Assembly (NCBI GenBank): GCA_023450935.1
Contig: JAEXGH010000023.1
Location: forward strand, 436 to 64,435
From: Verrucomicrobiota bacterium
GTDB lineage: Bacteria > Verrucomicrobiota > Verrucomicrobiia > Opitutales > Intestinicryptomonadaceae
Length of the DNA: 64,000 nucleotides
Reading direction: 5' to 3'
Part shown: positions 39,890-49,872 of the stretch, in pieces
Numbering within the stretch: the stretch's first letter is position 1
Layout of the letters: the number at the start of each line of letters is the position of its first letter
Translations under genes and position numbers: made by a program
Notes under the pieces: generated by a model
The model's input: the letters and a program-made list of their open reading frames with translations, nothing else
What the model was told of the DNA's origin: nothing
Databases searched by the model: none

Positions 39890-40711
39890 CTATTTGGAGG
39901 ATTTTTTTTCGAGATTTTTCGAAAAGGCCGCGTCGATTTCCGCAATGGTTGCGGGCTTCTTTTCGGCTTCAATTTGCGCCCGCGTAGGAACCGCATTTTG
40001 CGGCGCGCCGTTTTTTTCGAGCTTTTGTTTTGCCCTGATTTCCGCATTGCGCTGTTGGATTTGCGCCGTTTTTTGTTCCTGCAACTGGCGTTCCTTCACC
40101 CTTTCCTCTCTGGCGGCAAGCTCGCCTTTTGTGACAGACGACGACGTGAAAATGTCGAGAATCGGGACGGAGGGTTCGGGGTATTTTTCGGGCGGGAAAA
40201 ATTCCAACGCCCAGACAATCTGGTCTTTTATTGCGGCTGTCGTGGCGGATTCGGGGTCGATTTCCATCGGCGAGAAGCCCCTCCAGCCCCAGCGCGAATC
40301 GCCCTTGCGGAACGCCTGAATCTCGAGGGTGGCGTAGTAGCGGACTTCGCCCGAGCGCAAGAACGCCGCGCCGCTCTCCTGCAGGGGCTTTATTGTGAGC
40401 GATTCGTTGAGTTTGTCGGAATCGCGTATGGCCGCGCTCCAAACGGGGACGAACACGATTTCCGCGTCCTCCTTTGCGGTTTGGACAAAGCCCTTTCCCT
40501 TCAGGTTTACCGCTATTTCATCGACTACCGTCTTGTTTATCGAAGCATCGTTGCGGTATTTGCGGAATATTTCCGAGCCGTTTTGCGGGGCGTCTACATA
40601 GAACGTTTTAAGCCCTTCGAAGCTGACGCCTTCGCGTTTGATTTGCGGGGCGACGCACGAGCACAAAAACGACACAACCGCCGCGGACAAAAGAATGATT
40701 GATTTTTTCAT
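39890..40711 (-). CDS. Lipoprotein (DUF4136-like N-domain plus a charged coiled-coil tail)
   Basis: Lipobox 'VVSFLCSC'. The ATG is at 40709-40711. The C-terminus 'EERVKERQLQEQKTAQIQQRNAEIRAKQKLEK' is predicted to be helical. The family assignment is tentative. Confidence 0.5.
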   Translation of the reverse strand: MKKSIILLSAAVVSFLCSCVAPQIKREGVSFEGLKTFYVDAPQNGSEIFRKYRNDASINKTVVDEIAVNLKGKGFVQTAKEDAEIVFVPVWSAAIRDSDKLNESLTIKPLQESGAAFLRSGEVRYYATLEIQAFRKGDSRWGWRGFSPMEIDPESATTAAIKDQIVWALEFFPPEKYPEPSVPILDIFTSSSVTKGELAAREERVKERQLQEQKTAQIQQRNAEIRAKQKLEKNGAPQNAVPTRAQIEAEKKPATIAEIDAAFSKNLEKKSSK

Positions 40712-40942
40712 GCCACACACAATGGCGCGTCGGGCGTTTTTTTCAACAATTTTTTATGCGCGCCCGTCCGCCCGAAAAGCGGACGGTATGGCTGGGCTGG
40801 GTTCGGCGCAAAAAAGGCGCGTTGAAAGGGCGCGTTTTTGGGAGGTTGGCTGTGCGTCGGAACGTCGCGCGGGAAATTGTCGGGAAATGCGTCGGAATTT
40901 TTATGGTTGAAAAAAAAGCCGTTAATATCGTATATTGCGGAT

Positions 40943-41731
40943 ATGTTTAATTCAACGGAAGTCGAGAACGTTTGGAAGTCGGTGTCGGAAGAGGCGCGGG
41001 CCGCGCGCGAATCCGACCCCGTTATGGCCGGGCTGCTCGACGAGGTTTTTTCGGAGAGCGAAGGTCTTTTCGATTCTGTATGCAGAAGAATAGCGGGCAA
41101 GTTGGAGTCGCGCACGAAACGCGCATTGGGGCTTTTGGATACGTTCAAAGAGGCGTTCGAAACCGACGAATCAATATGCCGCAACGTTTTGCGCGACATC
41201 GTGGCTGTTCGCGAGCGCGACCCCGCCGCGCGCTTTTACATAGCACCGATTCTCTATTTTAAAGGCTTCCATGCCATTACAACCCACCGCGTTTCGCACT
41301 GGCTCTGGAACAACGGCAAGATACATTCGGCATACTATCTGCAAAGTCTGATGAGCGAAGTTTTCGCCGTAGACATACACCCCGCGGCGCGTTTCGGCGG
41401 CGGCATTTTGCTCGACCACGCAACGTCTTTTGTTGCGGGCGAAACGAGTGTCGTTGAAGACAACGTCTCCATTTTGCACGAGGTTACGCTCGGCGGAACG
41501 GGCAACGAAGTGGGCGACCGCCACCCGAAAGTAAAGTCGGGCGTGCTCATCGGCGCGGGCGCGAAACTGATTGGGAACATTACAATAGGAAGGTGCGCGA
41601 AAATCGGCGCGGGAAGCGTCGTCCTTTCCGATGTCCCCGCTCATGCGACCGTAGCGGGCGTTCCCGCACGGATAGTCGCCGTTTCTGCGGAGTCGGAACC
41701 CGCCATTTGTATGGACCAAAAACTCCGGTAG
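40943..41731 (+). CDS. cysE: Serine O-acetyltransferase
   Basis: 'LYFKGFHAITTHRVSHWLW' and hexapeptide repeats 'IHPAARFGGGILLDHATSFVAGETSVV..VTLGGTG'. ATG at 40943. Confidence 0.85.
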   Translation: MFNSTEVENVWKSVSEEARAARESDPVMAGLLDEVFSESEGLFDSVCRRIAGKLESRTKRALGLLDTFKEAFETDESICRNVLRDIVAVRERDPAARFYIAPILYFKGFHAITTHRVSHWLWNNGKIHSAYYLQSLMSEVFAVDIHPAARFGGGILLDHATSFVAGETSVVEDNVSILHEVTLGGTGNEVGDRHPKVKSGVLIGAGAKLIGNITIGRCAKIGAGSVVLSDVPAHATVAGVPARIVAVSAESEPAICMDQKLR

Positions 41732-41831
41732 AGCTTTTCGGACGCGGAAATTTTTTGGCGGGGCGCACTCGAGGCACATTCCATTCGGGCGTTTTCAGGC
41801 GCACCGGAATTTCTCGGGCGCGGGCGTCCGC

Positions 41832-41861
41832 AAAAAAAGCGGCGCGCGCGCCGCTTTTTTT
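41832..41861. terminator. Bidirectional rho-independent terminator between the convergent cysE and the secretion operon
   Basis: AAAAAAA-gcggcgcgcgcgccgc-TTTTTTT, a perfect 16-nt GC palindrome flanked by A7 and T7. Confidence 0.8.
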
Positions 41862-41868
41862 AACCCCG

Positions 41869-43611
41869 CTATTTTAGGAAGAAGAGTTTTTTGTAGGCTT
41901 CGAATTTCCCTTTCGCCTCTTCGTATTTTTGCACAAAAATCCGCCTCTCGGCTTCGGGTAACAGGACAAATTTGTCGGAATAGGGGTTCATTTCGGGGGC
42001 AAGCATTATCTTTATCGGGCAGCGGACGCCTTCCGCCGCGGCGAGTTTGGCTGCGGCGCAAACATCGCCCGATTCCGCGTAGAGCGCAATAAGCCGCGAA
42101 TCGACCTGCGGGCGCGCCAGACCGTTTTCTTTCGCCCTCGAAAGCAGGCGCGCCGCGCTTCTTGTCCAGCCGCGTTTTGCAAGAATCGACGCCAGCGGCA
42201 TTATCCTTTCGGACTTGTTTATTTGCAGGAGTTTTTCTATTGCGGATTCGCCGAAATACGATTCGTTTTCGGCGTTGAGCATCGAAAGCGTTTCAAGCGC
42301 GCTCTCTCTCCCGCCGCTTTTATTTGTGGATTTGAGCGAAATCAGCAACTGCTCCGCCTCGCGCGTTTTTGCTGCGCGCACGAGCGTTTCGGCGTATGCC
42401 AGAAGCATTTCGTCTTTTTGCCGCGGGGGCAGGGCGTCGATGTGCGGCTTGCAAAGCTCCGCCAATCGGTCGTCGTCCCGCTCCATTGACGTTTTCAGCA
42501 GAACCGCAAGCGACGCCTCCGACGGGTTGCGCCCAAGCATTTGTTCTATCTGCGCGTAGTTGCCGTTACGCGCGGCGGAGACAAGCGACGGAATTTCGCC
42601 CGCGTCAGCCGATGTCAGGCTTGCGAGAGTATCCGTCTGCCTTTGCAGGGTTTCGTTGCCGAAATCTTTGTGCGCCGCCGCCAAGAACGAGTATATGCGC
42701 GAGTTCGCCTTCCTCTGCCGCAACAGAGCAAGGGCGTTTTTCATTGCGGCAATTTCCTCCCCGCGCGCGTATAGGTCGGAAATGCGCACGTATGCGTAGA
42801 TGTCGCCCGATTTTATTCCGTTTGATTCGAGAATTTCCACCGCCTTTTTGCTTTGTCCTTCGCCGAGGAGGTCTATCGCCTCCATCTTTGCGCAGAACGA
42901 GCGCACGGGCGCGTTGCTTGCAAACTGCTCCAAAATGAACGCCGACTGGCGGCGCGCCGCTTGGCGGGCGGTTCGCGACGAACGGAACACCATGAGCATG
43001 TCTACCGCCTCCCTTGAGGAGAGGATTTTGTCGTCAACGGCTTTTTTGAGGGCAAGCACCGATTTTCTGGCATATTTTTCGTCGCCCATAAACGCGGCTA
43101 TCGATGTTGTAATATACGCCTTGTCGCGTTCGGCGAACGCCTGCGGAAGGGCGTTTTCAAGCAGTTGCGCGGCATATTGGCGGTTTCCGAGAATCTTTAT
43201 GTGGATTTCCGCAAGCAGGCGGCGCGCCTGCGAATCGTCGGGATTGCGCGCCACTCCCTTCGAAAGAAGCCTGATTGCCTCCGGAAAACGCTGCTGCTCG
43301 AACATTTTTTTCGAGCTTGCGATGTCAGCCTCGCCCACTTTTTTGCGGATATTTTTGGGCGAAAAAAACAGCGTGTCCGTAAAGCCCACTGTATGGTAGC
43401 CGCGCCCGTGGCGCAGGAATGCAAAAAGCGCGGTTGCGCCCGCAACCCACAAAATCGCCGCCGTTGCGAGCGAAACCGCCGCTATGCGCATGTAGTTAGG
43501 GACAACCCGCCAGCGGTTTTCGCGGCTGTCGAATTTCCGCGCAAACATTTTAAAAAGAAAATATTTCGGTTTTGGCGCGCCGTTTGCGTTTTTTTTTGTA
43601 AATTTGTTCAT
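41869..43611 (-). CDS. Membrane-anchored TPR-like protein, last gene of the Gsp-like operon
   Basis: 580 aa with one TM ('IAAVSLATAAILWVAGATALFAF') followed by helical-repeat sequence. Its ATG overlaps the gspF stop (ATGA). Confidence 0.6.
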   Translation of the reverse strand: MNKFTKKNANGAPKPKYFLFKMFARKFDSRENRWRVVPNYMRIAAVSLATAAILWVAGATALFAFLRHGRGYHTVGFTDTLFFSPKNIRKKVGEADIASSKKMFEQQRFPEAIRLLSKGVARNPDDSQARRLLAEIHIKILGNRQYAAQLLENALPQAFAERDKAYITTSIAAFMGDEKYARKSVLALKKAVDDKILSSREAVDMLMVFRSSRTARQAARRQSAFILEQFASNAPVRSFCAKMEAIDLLGEGQSKKAVEILESNGIKSGDIYAYVRISDLYARGEEIAAMKNALALLRQRKANSRIYSFLAAAHKDFGNETLQRQTDTLASLTSADAGEIPSLVSAARNGNYAQIEQMLGRNPSEASLAVLLKTSMERDDDRLAELCKPHIDALPPRQKDEMLLAYAETLVRAAKTREAEQLLISLKSTNKSGGRESALETLSMLNAENESYFGESAIEKLLQINKSERIMPLASILAKRGWTRSAARLLSRAKENGLARPQVDSRLIALYAESGDVCAAAKLAAAEGVRCPIKIMLAPEMNPYSDKFVLLPEAERRIFVQKYEEAKGKFEAYKKLFFLK

Positions 43612-44828
43612 TTTGCTATGCTTTGACTTAACCCCAATATGCTCAAGACGATACCCGTCGCGAATATGAATACAAGCACAAAAGCCGCCGCCAACGCCGC
43701 CGCGCCCAAAACGGCGGTTGCCGTCTTTATCCGCCGCTGGAGCTCGTCGGCGCGTATTTGCGCTATTTCCGAAAACGCCCCCACAAGGCTGCCCGTCTTT
43801 TCGCCCACCGCTATTATGTCGATGTCTTCGTCGGGCAGTATCTTGAATTTTTGCAGGGCCGGCGCAATCTGCGCGCCGTCGTTTACCGCCGTTCTAAAAT
43901 CCCTGAAACGCGCTCTCAGGTCTTCGTTTTTTACCGCCTTCTCCGACATGGCGAACACTTCGGTAGTCGGCACCCCCGACGCCAGCAACACCGATGCCAG
44001 CGAGCACATGCGCGCGCTTTCGGCGTCGAGGATTATGCGCGAAACAACGGGGATTCTCAACACGAACGCGTCGGTTTTTACGCGCCCTTGGCGCGTGCGC
44101 CGCAGCGTCTTTACAAAGACTGCCGCCGCCGCCGCCATTGCCGCCGCCGCGGGGGTTGCCGTAGCAAGAAAATTCCCGAGGAAGTCCATCATAGCCATCG
44201 GGAAGTTTTCCTTCGCGCCCATATTGGACATCATCTCCTTTATTTTCGGCAGCATAAAGAACATAAAAAGCGCAACAACCCCGCCCGCAAAAACGCACAA
44301 AAACACGGGATACGCCAGTGCCGAGACAATCGTCTTGCGCAGATTGCGGCGGTCTTCTATGTATTTTATGAGGTTTTTGAAGACGAACGGCAGGTTGGCC
44401 GTTGCCTCGCCGGCCTCCACAAGATGCCGCGCGCAGACGTCGAACATTTCGGGAAAACGCTCGAGCGCGGCGGCGAGCGTCCGACCCTCTCCGATGTCTT
44501 TGTAGAGCGATTTTGCAACTTCCTTCACGCGCGGGTCGAGACTGCGCGCCGCAAGCGATTTCAGCGCGTCGCTTACGGGCATTGCGCCGCTTCCGCACAG
44601 TTGTGCGAGCTTTTTAAACAGCCCGAGCGCGGTCGTTTCCCCGCCGGATTTTACGCTTTTTTGCACGCCGCGCGCCGCCGAATCGGTTCCGCTTTTTACG
44701 GGCTCGAGCGACACTATTCTAAGCCCGCCTCCCTCAAGTTGAGCCTTTGCGCTCCGTCGATCGGCGGCCTCCGTTTCTCCCGAGGCAATTGTGCTGTCGG
44801 GAGCGATTGCCCTGTATCGGAAAATCAT
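43608..44828 (-). CDS. gspF: Type II secretion / type IV pilus platform protein (GspF/PilC family)
   Basis: 406 aa from the ATG at 44826-44828. Two T2SSF-like repeats and three TM segments. ATGA overlap with gspE. Confidence 0.8.
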   Translation of the reverse strand: MIFRYRAIAPDSTIASGETEAADRRSAKAQLEGGGLRIVSLEPVKSGTDSAARGVQKSVKSGGETTALGLFKKLAQLCGSGAMPVSDALKSLAARSLDPRVKEVAKSLYKDIGEGRTLAAALERFPEMFDVCARHLVEAGEATANLPFVFKNLIKYIEDRRNLRKTIVSALAYPVFLCVFAGGVVALFMFFMLPKIKEMMSNMGAKENFPMAMMDFLGNFLATATPAAAAMAAAAAVFVKTLRRTRQGRVKTDAFVLRIPVVSRIILDAESARMCSLASVLLASGVPTTEVFAMSEKAVKNEDLRARFRDFRTAVNDGAQIAPALQKFKILPDEDIDIIAVGEKTGSLVGAFSEIAQIRADELQRRIKTATAVLGAAALAAAFVLVFIFATGIVLSILGLSQSIAK

Positions 44829-46510
44829 TTTTTCTCTTCCTGTAAGTCGGCGTAAAGCATGATTTCGTCGAGCGTAGTCGCGCCGTTTTTGACGAGCTCC
44901 CAGCCGCATTCCTGCATTGTGCGCATTCCGCGCAGGCATGCCGCGCGCCTTATCTGTCGGGCGGTTTTGCGCGAAACCACCATTGAGTGGATTTCCTCGT
45001 TCATTGTCAGAATTTCGAAAATTCCGATGCGCCCGAAGTAGCCCGAATTTCTGCATTTGTCGCACCCGAACGGCCTTTTGACGAGGTCGGCAAAACGCGT
45101 CTGCCGCGCGTCAACCCCGAGCGCGTCGAGACACGAAGCCAGCTGCTCCGGCGAAATTCCCGCGCGCTTTGCGCATGAGCACAACCTGCGCACGAGCCTT
45201 TGGGCGAGTATCATTTCCACCGACGACGCAATCAGGAAAGGTTCTATATCCATGTCAATCAGGCGCGTGAGCGCGCCGGCGGCGTCGTTTGTATGGAGCG
45301 TGCTCAGCACCAAGTGCCCCGTAAGCGAGGCGCGTATTGCGATGTCGGCGGTTTCGCGGTCGCGGATTTCGCCCACCATGATTATGTCGGGGTCTTGGCG
45401 CAGAACCGACCTTAGCACCGACGAAAACGTAAGCCCTATTTCGGGCTGGACTTGCGTCTGGATTACGCCGTCCATTTCATATTCCACGGGGTCTTCCACC
45501 GTCATTATGCGGATTTCGGGAGTCATTATCTTACGGATAAAAGCCGTAAGCGAGGTCGATTTCCCCGAGCCCGTAGGCCCCGTTACAAGTATGATTCCGT
45601 GCGGGCGCGCAAGCGGCGCGGCGATTTTTTCGGAGTCGTCGGGCAGCAGACCCAAGTCTTCTATTGTAAGTTCTTGCGCCTTCTGGTTGAGCAGACGCAG
45701 AGAAACGCTTTCGCCGTAGAGCATCGGCAGCGACGACACGCGTATGTCTATTTCCGCGCCGCGTTTATCGGTAAATGTTATGCGGCCGTCCTGCGGCCGG
45801 CGTTTTTCGGAAATATTAAGCCGCGCCATGATTTTCACGCGCGAAACAACAGCGTCCCTGAATTGCGAAAGAGAGTCTGGAAGCTTTACGGGAACGAGGT
45901 TGCCGTCTATGCGGAAGCGCACCGAAAGCGAGTCTTTCGACGGCTCTATATGTATGTCGGTAGCCCTGTCGGCGACTGCTTTGGCGATTATTTCGTTGAC
46001 GAATTTTATGATTGCCGCGTTTTCGTCCTCTTCAATTTCCTCGCTACCGATGTCGGCAAAATCCGCCGCGTCGGGCTGGTCTTGCATTGTTTCCGCGCCC
46101 ACGCCGAAGCGTTGCGCGAGCTTCTCGGAAAGCCTGTTTGCGGGAACTACCACCCAGCGCGGGAACGACCGCGTTTGCGCGACAATCCATTTTGCGGCGT
46201 CTTGGTCGGGCAGCCACGCAACGGCGGTTCTGCCGTCGGCGGCGGGCATGCAGAAAAAGCTGTTGATTATTTTAAGCGGCAGGATTTGTTCGGGATTTTC
46301 CGCCTGAACGAAGTCTTCGGCGAAATCGGTTTTTGCGGCGTCTGCTATGCGTCGGGCAACCTGCGTTTCGTCGAGTTCGGAATGCTCTATCACGAAGCGC
46401 GCCTTGCGCGAGTCGGGCAGGCTTTCAAGCAGCGCGATGTCGTCTTGGGCGAGAACGTCGGCGAAGATGTTTTTTTGCAGATCCGCCTTTGCTTGGCTTG
46501 TAAAAGTCAT
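44825..46510 (-). CDS. gspE: Type II secretion ATPase (GspE/PulE family)
   Basis: Walker A 'LVTGPTGSGKST', 'DPDIIMVGEIRD', 'TGHLVLSTLHTND' and a tetracysteine 'CSCAK...CDKC'. ATG at 46508-46510 (ATGA overlap with the upstream gene). Confidence 0.87.
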   Translation of the reverse strand: MTFTSQAKADLQKNIFADVLAQDDIALLESLPDSRKARFVIEHSELDETQVARRIADAAKTDFAEDFVQAENPEQILPLKIINSFFCMPAADGRTAVAWLPDQDAAKWIVAQTRSFPRWVVVPANRLSEKLAQRFGVGAETMQDQPDAADFADIGSEEIEEDENAAIIKFVNEIIAKAVADRATDIHIEPSKDSLSVRFRIDGNLVPVKLPDSLSQFRDAVVSRVKIMARLNISEKRRPQDGRITFTDKRGAEIDIRVSSLPMLYGESVSLRLLNQKAQELTIEDLGLLPDDSEKIAAPLARPHGIILVTGPTGSGKSTSLTAFIRKIMTPEIRIMTVEDPVEYEMDGVIQTQVQPEIGLTFSSVLRSVLRQDPDIIMVGEIRDRETADIAIRASLTGHLVLSTLHTNDAAGALTRLIDMDIEPFLIASSVEMILAQRLVRRLCSCAKRAGISPEQLASCLDALGVDARQTRFADLVKRPFGCDKCRNSGYFGRIGIFEILTMNEEIHSMVVSRKTARQIRRAACLRGMRTMQECGWELVKNGATTLDEIMLYADLQEEKK

Positions 46511-47064
46511 TTGGGAGCGCCTCTCTGAATGTTTACTATCATCGGTTTTTGCATCGTCTGCTTTTTGGAAGCGTCCTTTGTTTTGGGCGCGCCCACTACG
46601 GACGGCGCGGTGAGCTGGTCGCGTTCTTTGAGCGTGAGCGTCCACGTCCCGAGAGCCGACGAAACGCTTACGGAGTTTGTTTCGTCGTCGAAAAAGTCCA
46701 CCGAATACGGCGAGTTTTCCGAGTATCTTTCGCCCAGTTTTACCGTGTAGTTTTTCTTTTGGACAGTATCCGAAAGCGCGAAATACCACGCGCCGTCAAT
46801 GCAATAGATTCCGTTCAGCTGCAATCCATTGGGCGCGGCGTTGTCGAATTGTCCCGAAGCCGCCGCCGCTCCGCCCGAAACGCCCGCGGGCGCGAACGGG
46901 TTTTTCTCCAGAAGCTGTTTGATTTGGGCGTCGCAATTCGCCGGCGTTTCTTCGCCCGCTTTCCGGGGCAACGCGGATTGCGCGGGCGCGCGAATGCCCG
47001 CCGCAGCGGCATATGCGGCGGCGGAGAGCAGGGCAAGCAGGACTGTGGCGCAAAATTTCGGCAT
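46507..47064 (-). CDS. Exported PilP/GspC-HR-like secretin-associated protein (tentative)
   Basis: 185 aa from the ATG at 47062-47064 with a signal peptide. 'EKNPFAP' followed by 'LQLNGIYCIDGAWYFALSD..KNYTVKLGE' resembles the PilP/GspC homology region. It sits 4 nt after gspD. Confidence 0.45.
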   Translation of the reverse strand: MPKFCATVLLALLSAAAYAAAAGIRAPAQSALPRKAGEETPANCDAQIKQLLEKNPFAPAGVSGGAAAASGQFDNAAPNGLQLNGIYCIDGAWYFALSDTVQKKNYTVKLGERYSENSPYSVDFFDDETNSVSVSSALGTWTLTLKERDQLTAPSVVGAPKTKDASKKQTMQKPMIVNIQRGAPK

Positions 47065-47068
47065 GCGG

Positions 47069-49204
47069 TTATTTGTCGTTCGTTTGTGCGGGCTCTTCGT
47101 TTTGCGGAGTGGGCTTTTTGGGCTTGTCGGCGGGGAATATTGTCCTTGCGAAAGAGCTTTGCGCGTTCGAGCCTTTTTGAAGCGGGTCGTTGTTGCGGTC
47201 GTGCAAAATGCCGTCTTTGGCGAAGCGTTCAACCTCTCTGCGCGTTTCGGCGTCGAGCGATTTGTCGCGCCCGAGGAATTTTTCGAGCGATTCGCTTTTG
47301 ACTACCGTCGGCCTTATGAAAATCACAAGTTCGGTGCGCTCGTAGTTGTCGCGCGCGGGTTTGAAAAGTTCGCCCAGAAGTGGAATGTCGGAGAGCAGCC
47401 AGACCGCGCCCGTAGACTGGTTCGCGGTTGTCTGCTGAAGCCCCGCAAGCACTATGATTTCGTCGGTCATTGCGCTTACGTAGCTGATGGCCTCGCGCGT
47501 GCCGATAATGGGCTGCTTGTTGCGGTCGATTTCCACGTTGTCTACAACCGATTCCACCGTCTGCTTTATCTCCATTTGCACCACGCCGTTGTCGCCTATG
47601 CGGGGGGTGACCTCCAAAATTATGCCGACATCGCGCCACTCTATCTCGCTTTTTGTTGTCGGATACGACGTGCCGTCGTATGAGGTAGAACCTTTGAGCA
47701 GGGGGTATTTTTTCGAGACGTTTATGGAGGCCTTTTTGTTGTGGGTTGTTGTAACAGACGGCGCGGAGAGGATTTTTACGCGGTTGTTTTGCTCCGCCAC
47801 ATTGAACACCGCCGAAAACCCCTTTTCGCCCAATTCGAGCGCGAACGCCGAGTTTGAGTCGGAATCCGACAACGCCCAAGTGCTTGTCGTGCCCGACCAC
47901 CCCTTGTCGACCGCCGCCGAGCCCGTTCTGCCCTCTTTGGCGTAGGTAAGCCCGAACGTGGAAAGCCCCGAAACCTGTTTGTCGGAAAGCGAAACTTCCG
48001 TTATGATTACGTCGATTTTCACCTGCGCCAAAACGACATCGATTTGCTTGATGATGTTTTCAATCTGCTTGATGTCCGTCTGCGTTCCGTAGACTACAAT
48101 CGAGTTGCTGCGTTCGTCGGGGACTATCGTTATGAAGTCGCTGAATTGCAGGCTTGCGCCCGTAGTGTCGGCTTTTATGTTCGTGGGCAGGCGCGCAGCG
48201 TTTTTGTTGTTTCTGTTTCTGGCGTTTGCCATTCTGTTTTGCGAATTTTGGCGCGCCGCGGCGTTTATTTTAGCCGTCTTTGCGTTTTTCGACGCCGTTT
48301 GCTGCCCCTTGATTATTTCGTTTAAAACGGATGCGACGTCTTTGGCTTCGCCGTGTTTGACGTAGAAGACTTTACTGGAGGTGAGCGGTTCGGAGTCGAT
48401 GTCGAGCTTGTCGATAATCGCCTTGATTTTTTCGAGGTTGCCGTGCTGCGTAACCACTATTATCTGGTTTGTGCGTTCGTCGGCCTCTATGATCGTTTTG
48501 TCGAAATATTTTTTGAGAATCTCCCCGTTGATTGCGTTCAGCCGCGTTTTCATATCGTCGGCGGAAACGTGTTTGAGCTGGAAAAAGCCGGTTTCCTCCT
48601 TGATTTTCGCGGGAACGTCGAGCTTTTCCACGAGCATTTCAACGCGTTTCTGGTTAGAAAGCGTGTCGGTGAGCATAAATGCGTTGCTGCGCGGAAAGTA
48701 GACTATTGCGGCTATGTCGTTCGGCGTGATGAAGGGTTTGAGGATTTCCTTTAAGTCGGCGGTGTCTAGGTATTTCAGTTCGTAGAGCTTTGTGTAGAAA
48801 AACTGGTTGTCTTTGATGTCGGCGGCGCGCCCCGCGATGAACGCGGGGGCTTGCGCGTTGACCGCCTTCGCCGCGCCGACGCGGAAAAAGTTGTCGTTAA
48901 GCGGCGTGACTGCTATGCCGTTTACCGACAGCAGCGACTTTATCGACAAGATTGCCTCTTCGCGCGTGAATCTTTTCGATGTCTGGAAATTGATTTTCAC
49001 GTTCGGCAGGTCGGGCGATTGAAGCGAGGTCTTTCCCGAGAGCGTTTCGAGAATCTTTATCACCTGAATCGGGCTTTCGTCCACGAGGTAAAATGGCCCC
49101 TGCAAATCGGTTTCGGCGGGGCGTTTGACATCGGAGTTGTGTGCCGCCGCCGCCGAAATTACGGCGGCAGCGCACAGTAAACAAAAAGCTATTTTCTTTC
49201 TCAT
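47069..49204 (-). CDS. gspD: Type II secretion system secretin
   Basis: 711 aa with a signal peptide. N0/N1-type repeats and a secretin core ending 'VLAGLQQ...LLSDIPLLGELFKP'. ATG at 49202-49204 (the ORF-track TTG is at 49207). Confidence 0.85.
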   Translation of the reverse strand: MRKKIAFCLLCAAAVISAAAAHNSDVKRPAETDLQGPFYLVDESPIQVIKILETLSGKTSLQSPDLPNVKINFQTSKRFTREEAILSIKSLLSVNGIAVTPLNDNFFRVGAAKAVNAQAPAFIAGRAADIKDNQFFYTKLYELKYLDTADLKEILKPFITPNDIAAIVYFPRSNAFMLTDTLSNQKRVEMLVEKLDVPAKIKEETGFFQLKHVSADDMKTRLNAINGEILKKYFDKTIIEADERTNQIIVVTQHGNLEKIKAIIDKLDIDSEPLTSSKVFYVKHGEAKDVASVLNEIIKGQQTASKNAKTAKINAAARQNSQNRMANARNRNNKNAARLPTNIKADTTGASLQFSDFITIVPDERSNSIVVYGTQTDIKQIENIIKQIDVVLAQVKIDVIITEVSLSDKQVSGLSTFGLTYAKEGRTGSAAVDKGWSGTTSTWALSDSDSNSAFALELGEKGFSAVFNVAEQNNRVKILSAPSVTTTHNKKASINVSKKYPLLKGSTSYDGTSYPTTKSEIEWRDVGIILEVTPRIGDNGVVQMEIKQTVESVVDNVEIDRNKQPIIGTREAISYVSAMTDEIIVLAGLQQTTANQSTGAVWLLSDIPLLGELFKPARDNYERTELVIFIRPTVVKSESLEKFLGRDKSLDAETRREVERFAKDGILHDRNNDPLQKGSNAQSSFARTIFPADKPKKPTPQNEEPAQTNDK

Positions 49205-49547
49205 CAAAAAAATTCTCCCCGCTGTATTCTACAATAAACGCATTTTCTTTCGCAAAAGTTTCCGATAAGTGTAAGACAAATTGTGTCGTTTAGGCAACCC
49301 CATTTTTACATTTTTTACACGCCGCACACCGGCGTTTTTATATGCCGTGCACCGGCGCAAATTGGCTAAAGCCAATATTGCTTTGCTTTGGGCTATAGTC
49401 AAAGGCATAGATTGGCGTAGCAATACCGTTTTACTTTAACAAATGTTCAAAGCGGAATCGGCATAGCCAATCCGCCCCGTTTTCGAAAAACTAAAAAATT
49501 AAAAAATTTAGTTGATTTTTTGCGAATGTAGCATAGGTTCGGTCTCT

Positions 49548-49805
49548 ATGAAACCTCGTAAATTAGCAATTTTGTTTTCGGCAGTGTTGGCTTCCGTGTT
49601 TATGAGCGCATGCTCATCGAGCAATGACGCGGTTGCAGACAAGGGCTTCAACTTCCTCGGTTTGGTTAGCTACGAACCCGCAAGTTTTGCTCCCTCCGGC
49701 GAATACTCTTCGGTTATCAGAACCAAAGACGTGTTCGGTTGCACGCTGCCCTCGGGCGATAGAACCCAGTTCCTCTGGGGGGCAATCGTTATTGAAGACT
49801 ACTAA
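49548..49805 (+). CDS. Small lipoprotein of unknown function
   Basis: 85 aa from the ATG at 49548. Lipobox 'VFMSACSS'. Confidence 0.5.
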   Translation: MKPRKLAILFSAVLASVFMSACSSSNDAVADKGFNFLGLVSYEPASFAPSGEYSSVIRTKDVFGCTLPSGDRTQFLWGAIVIEDY

Positions 49806-49872
49806 TTCATACCCCAAGATGACTTTTTACCGCCTTCCCGCGATTTAGCATCGTCGGGGGGCTTTTTTTTGC

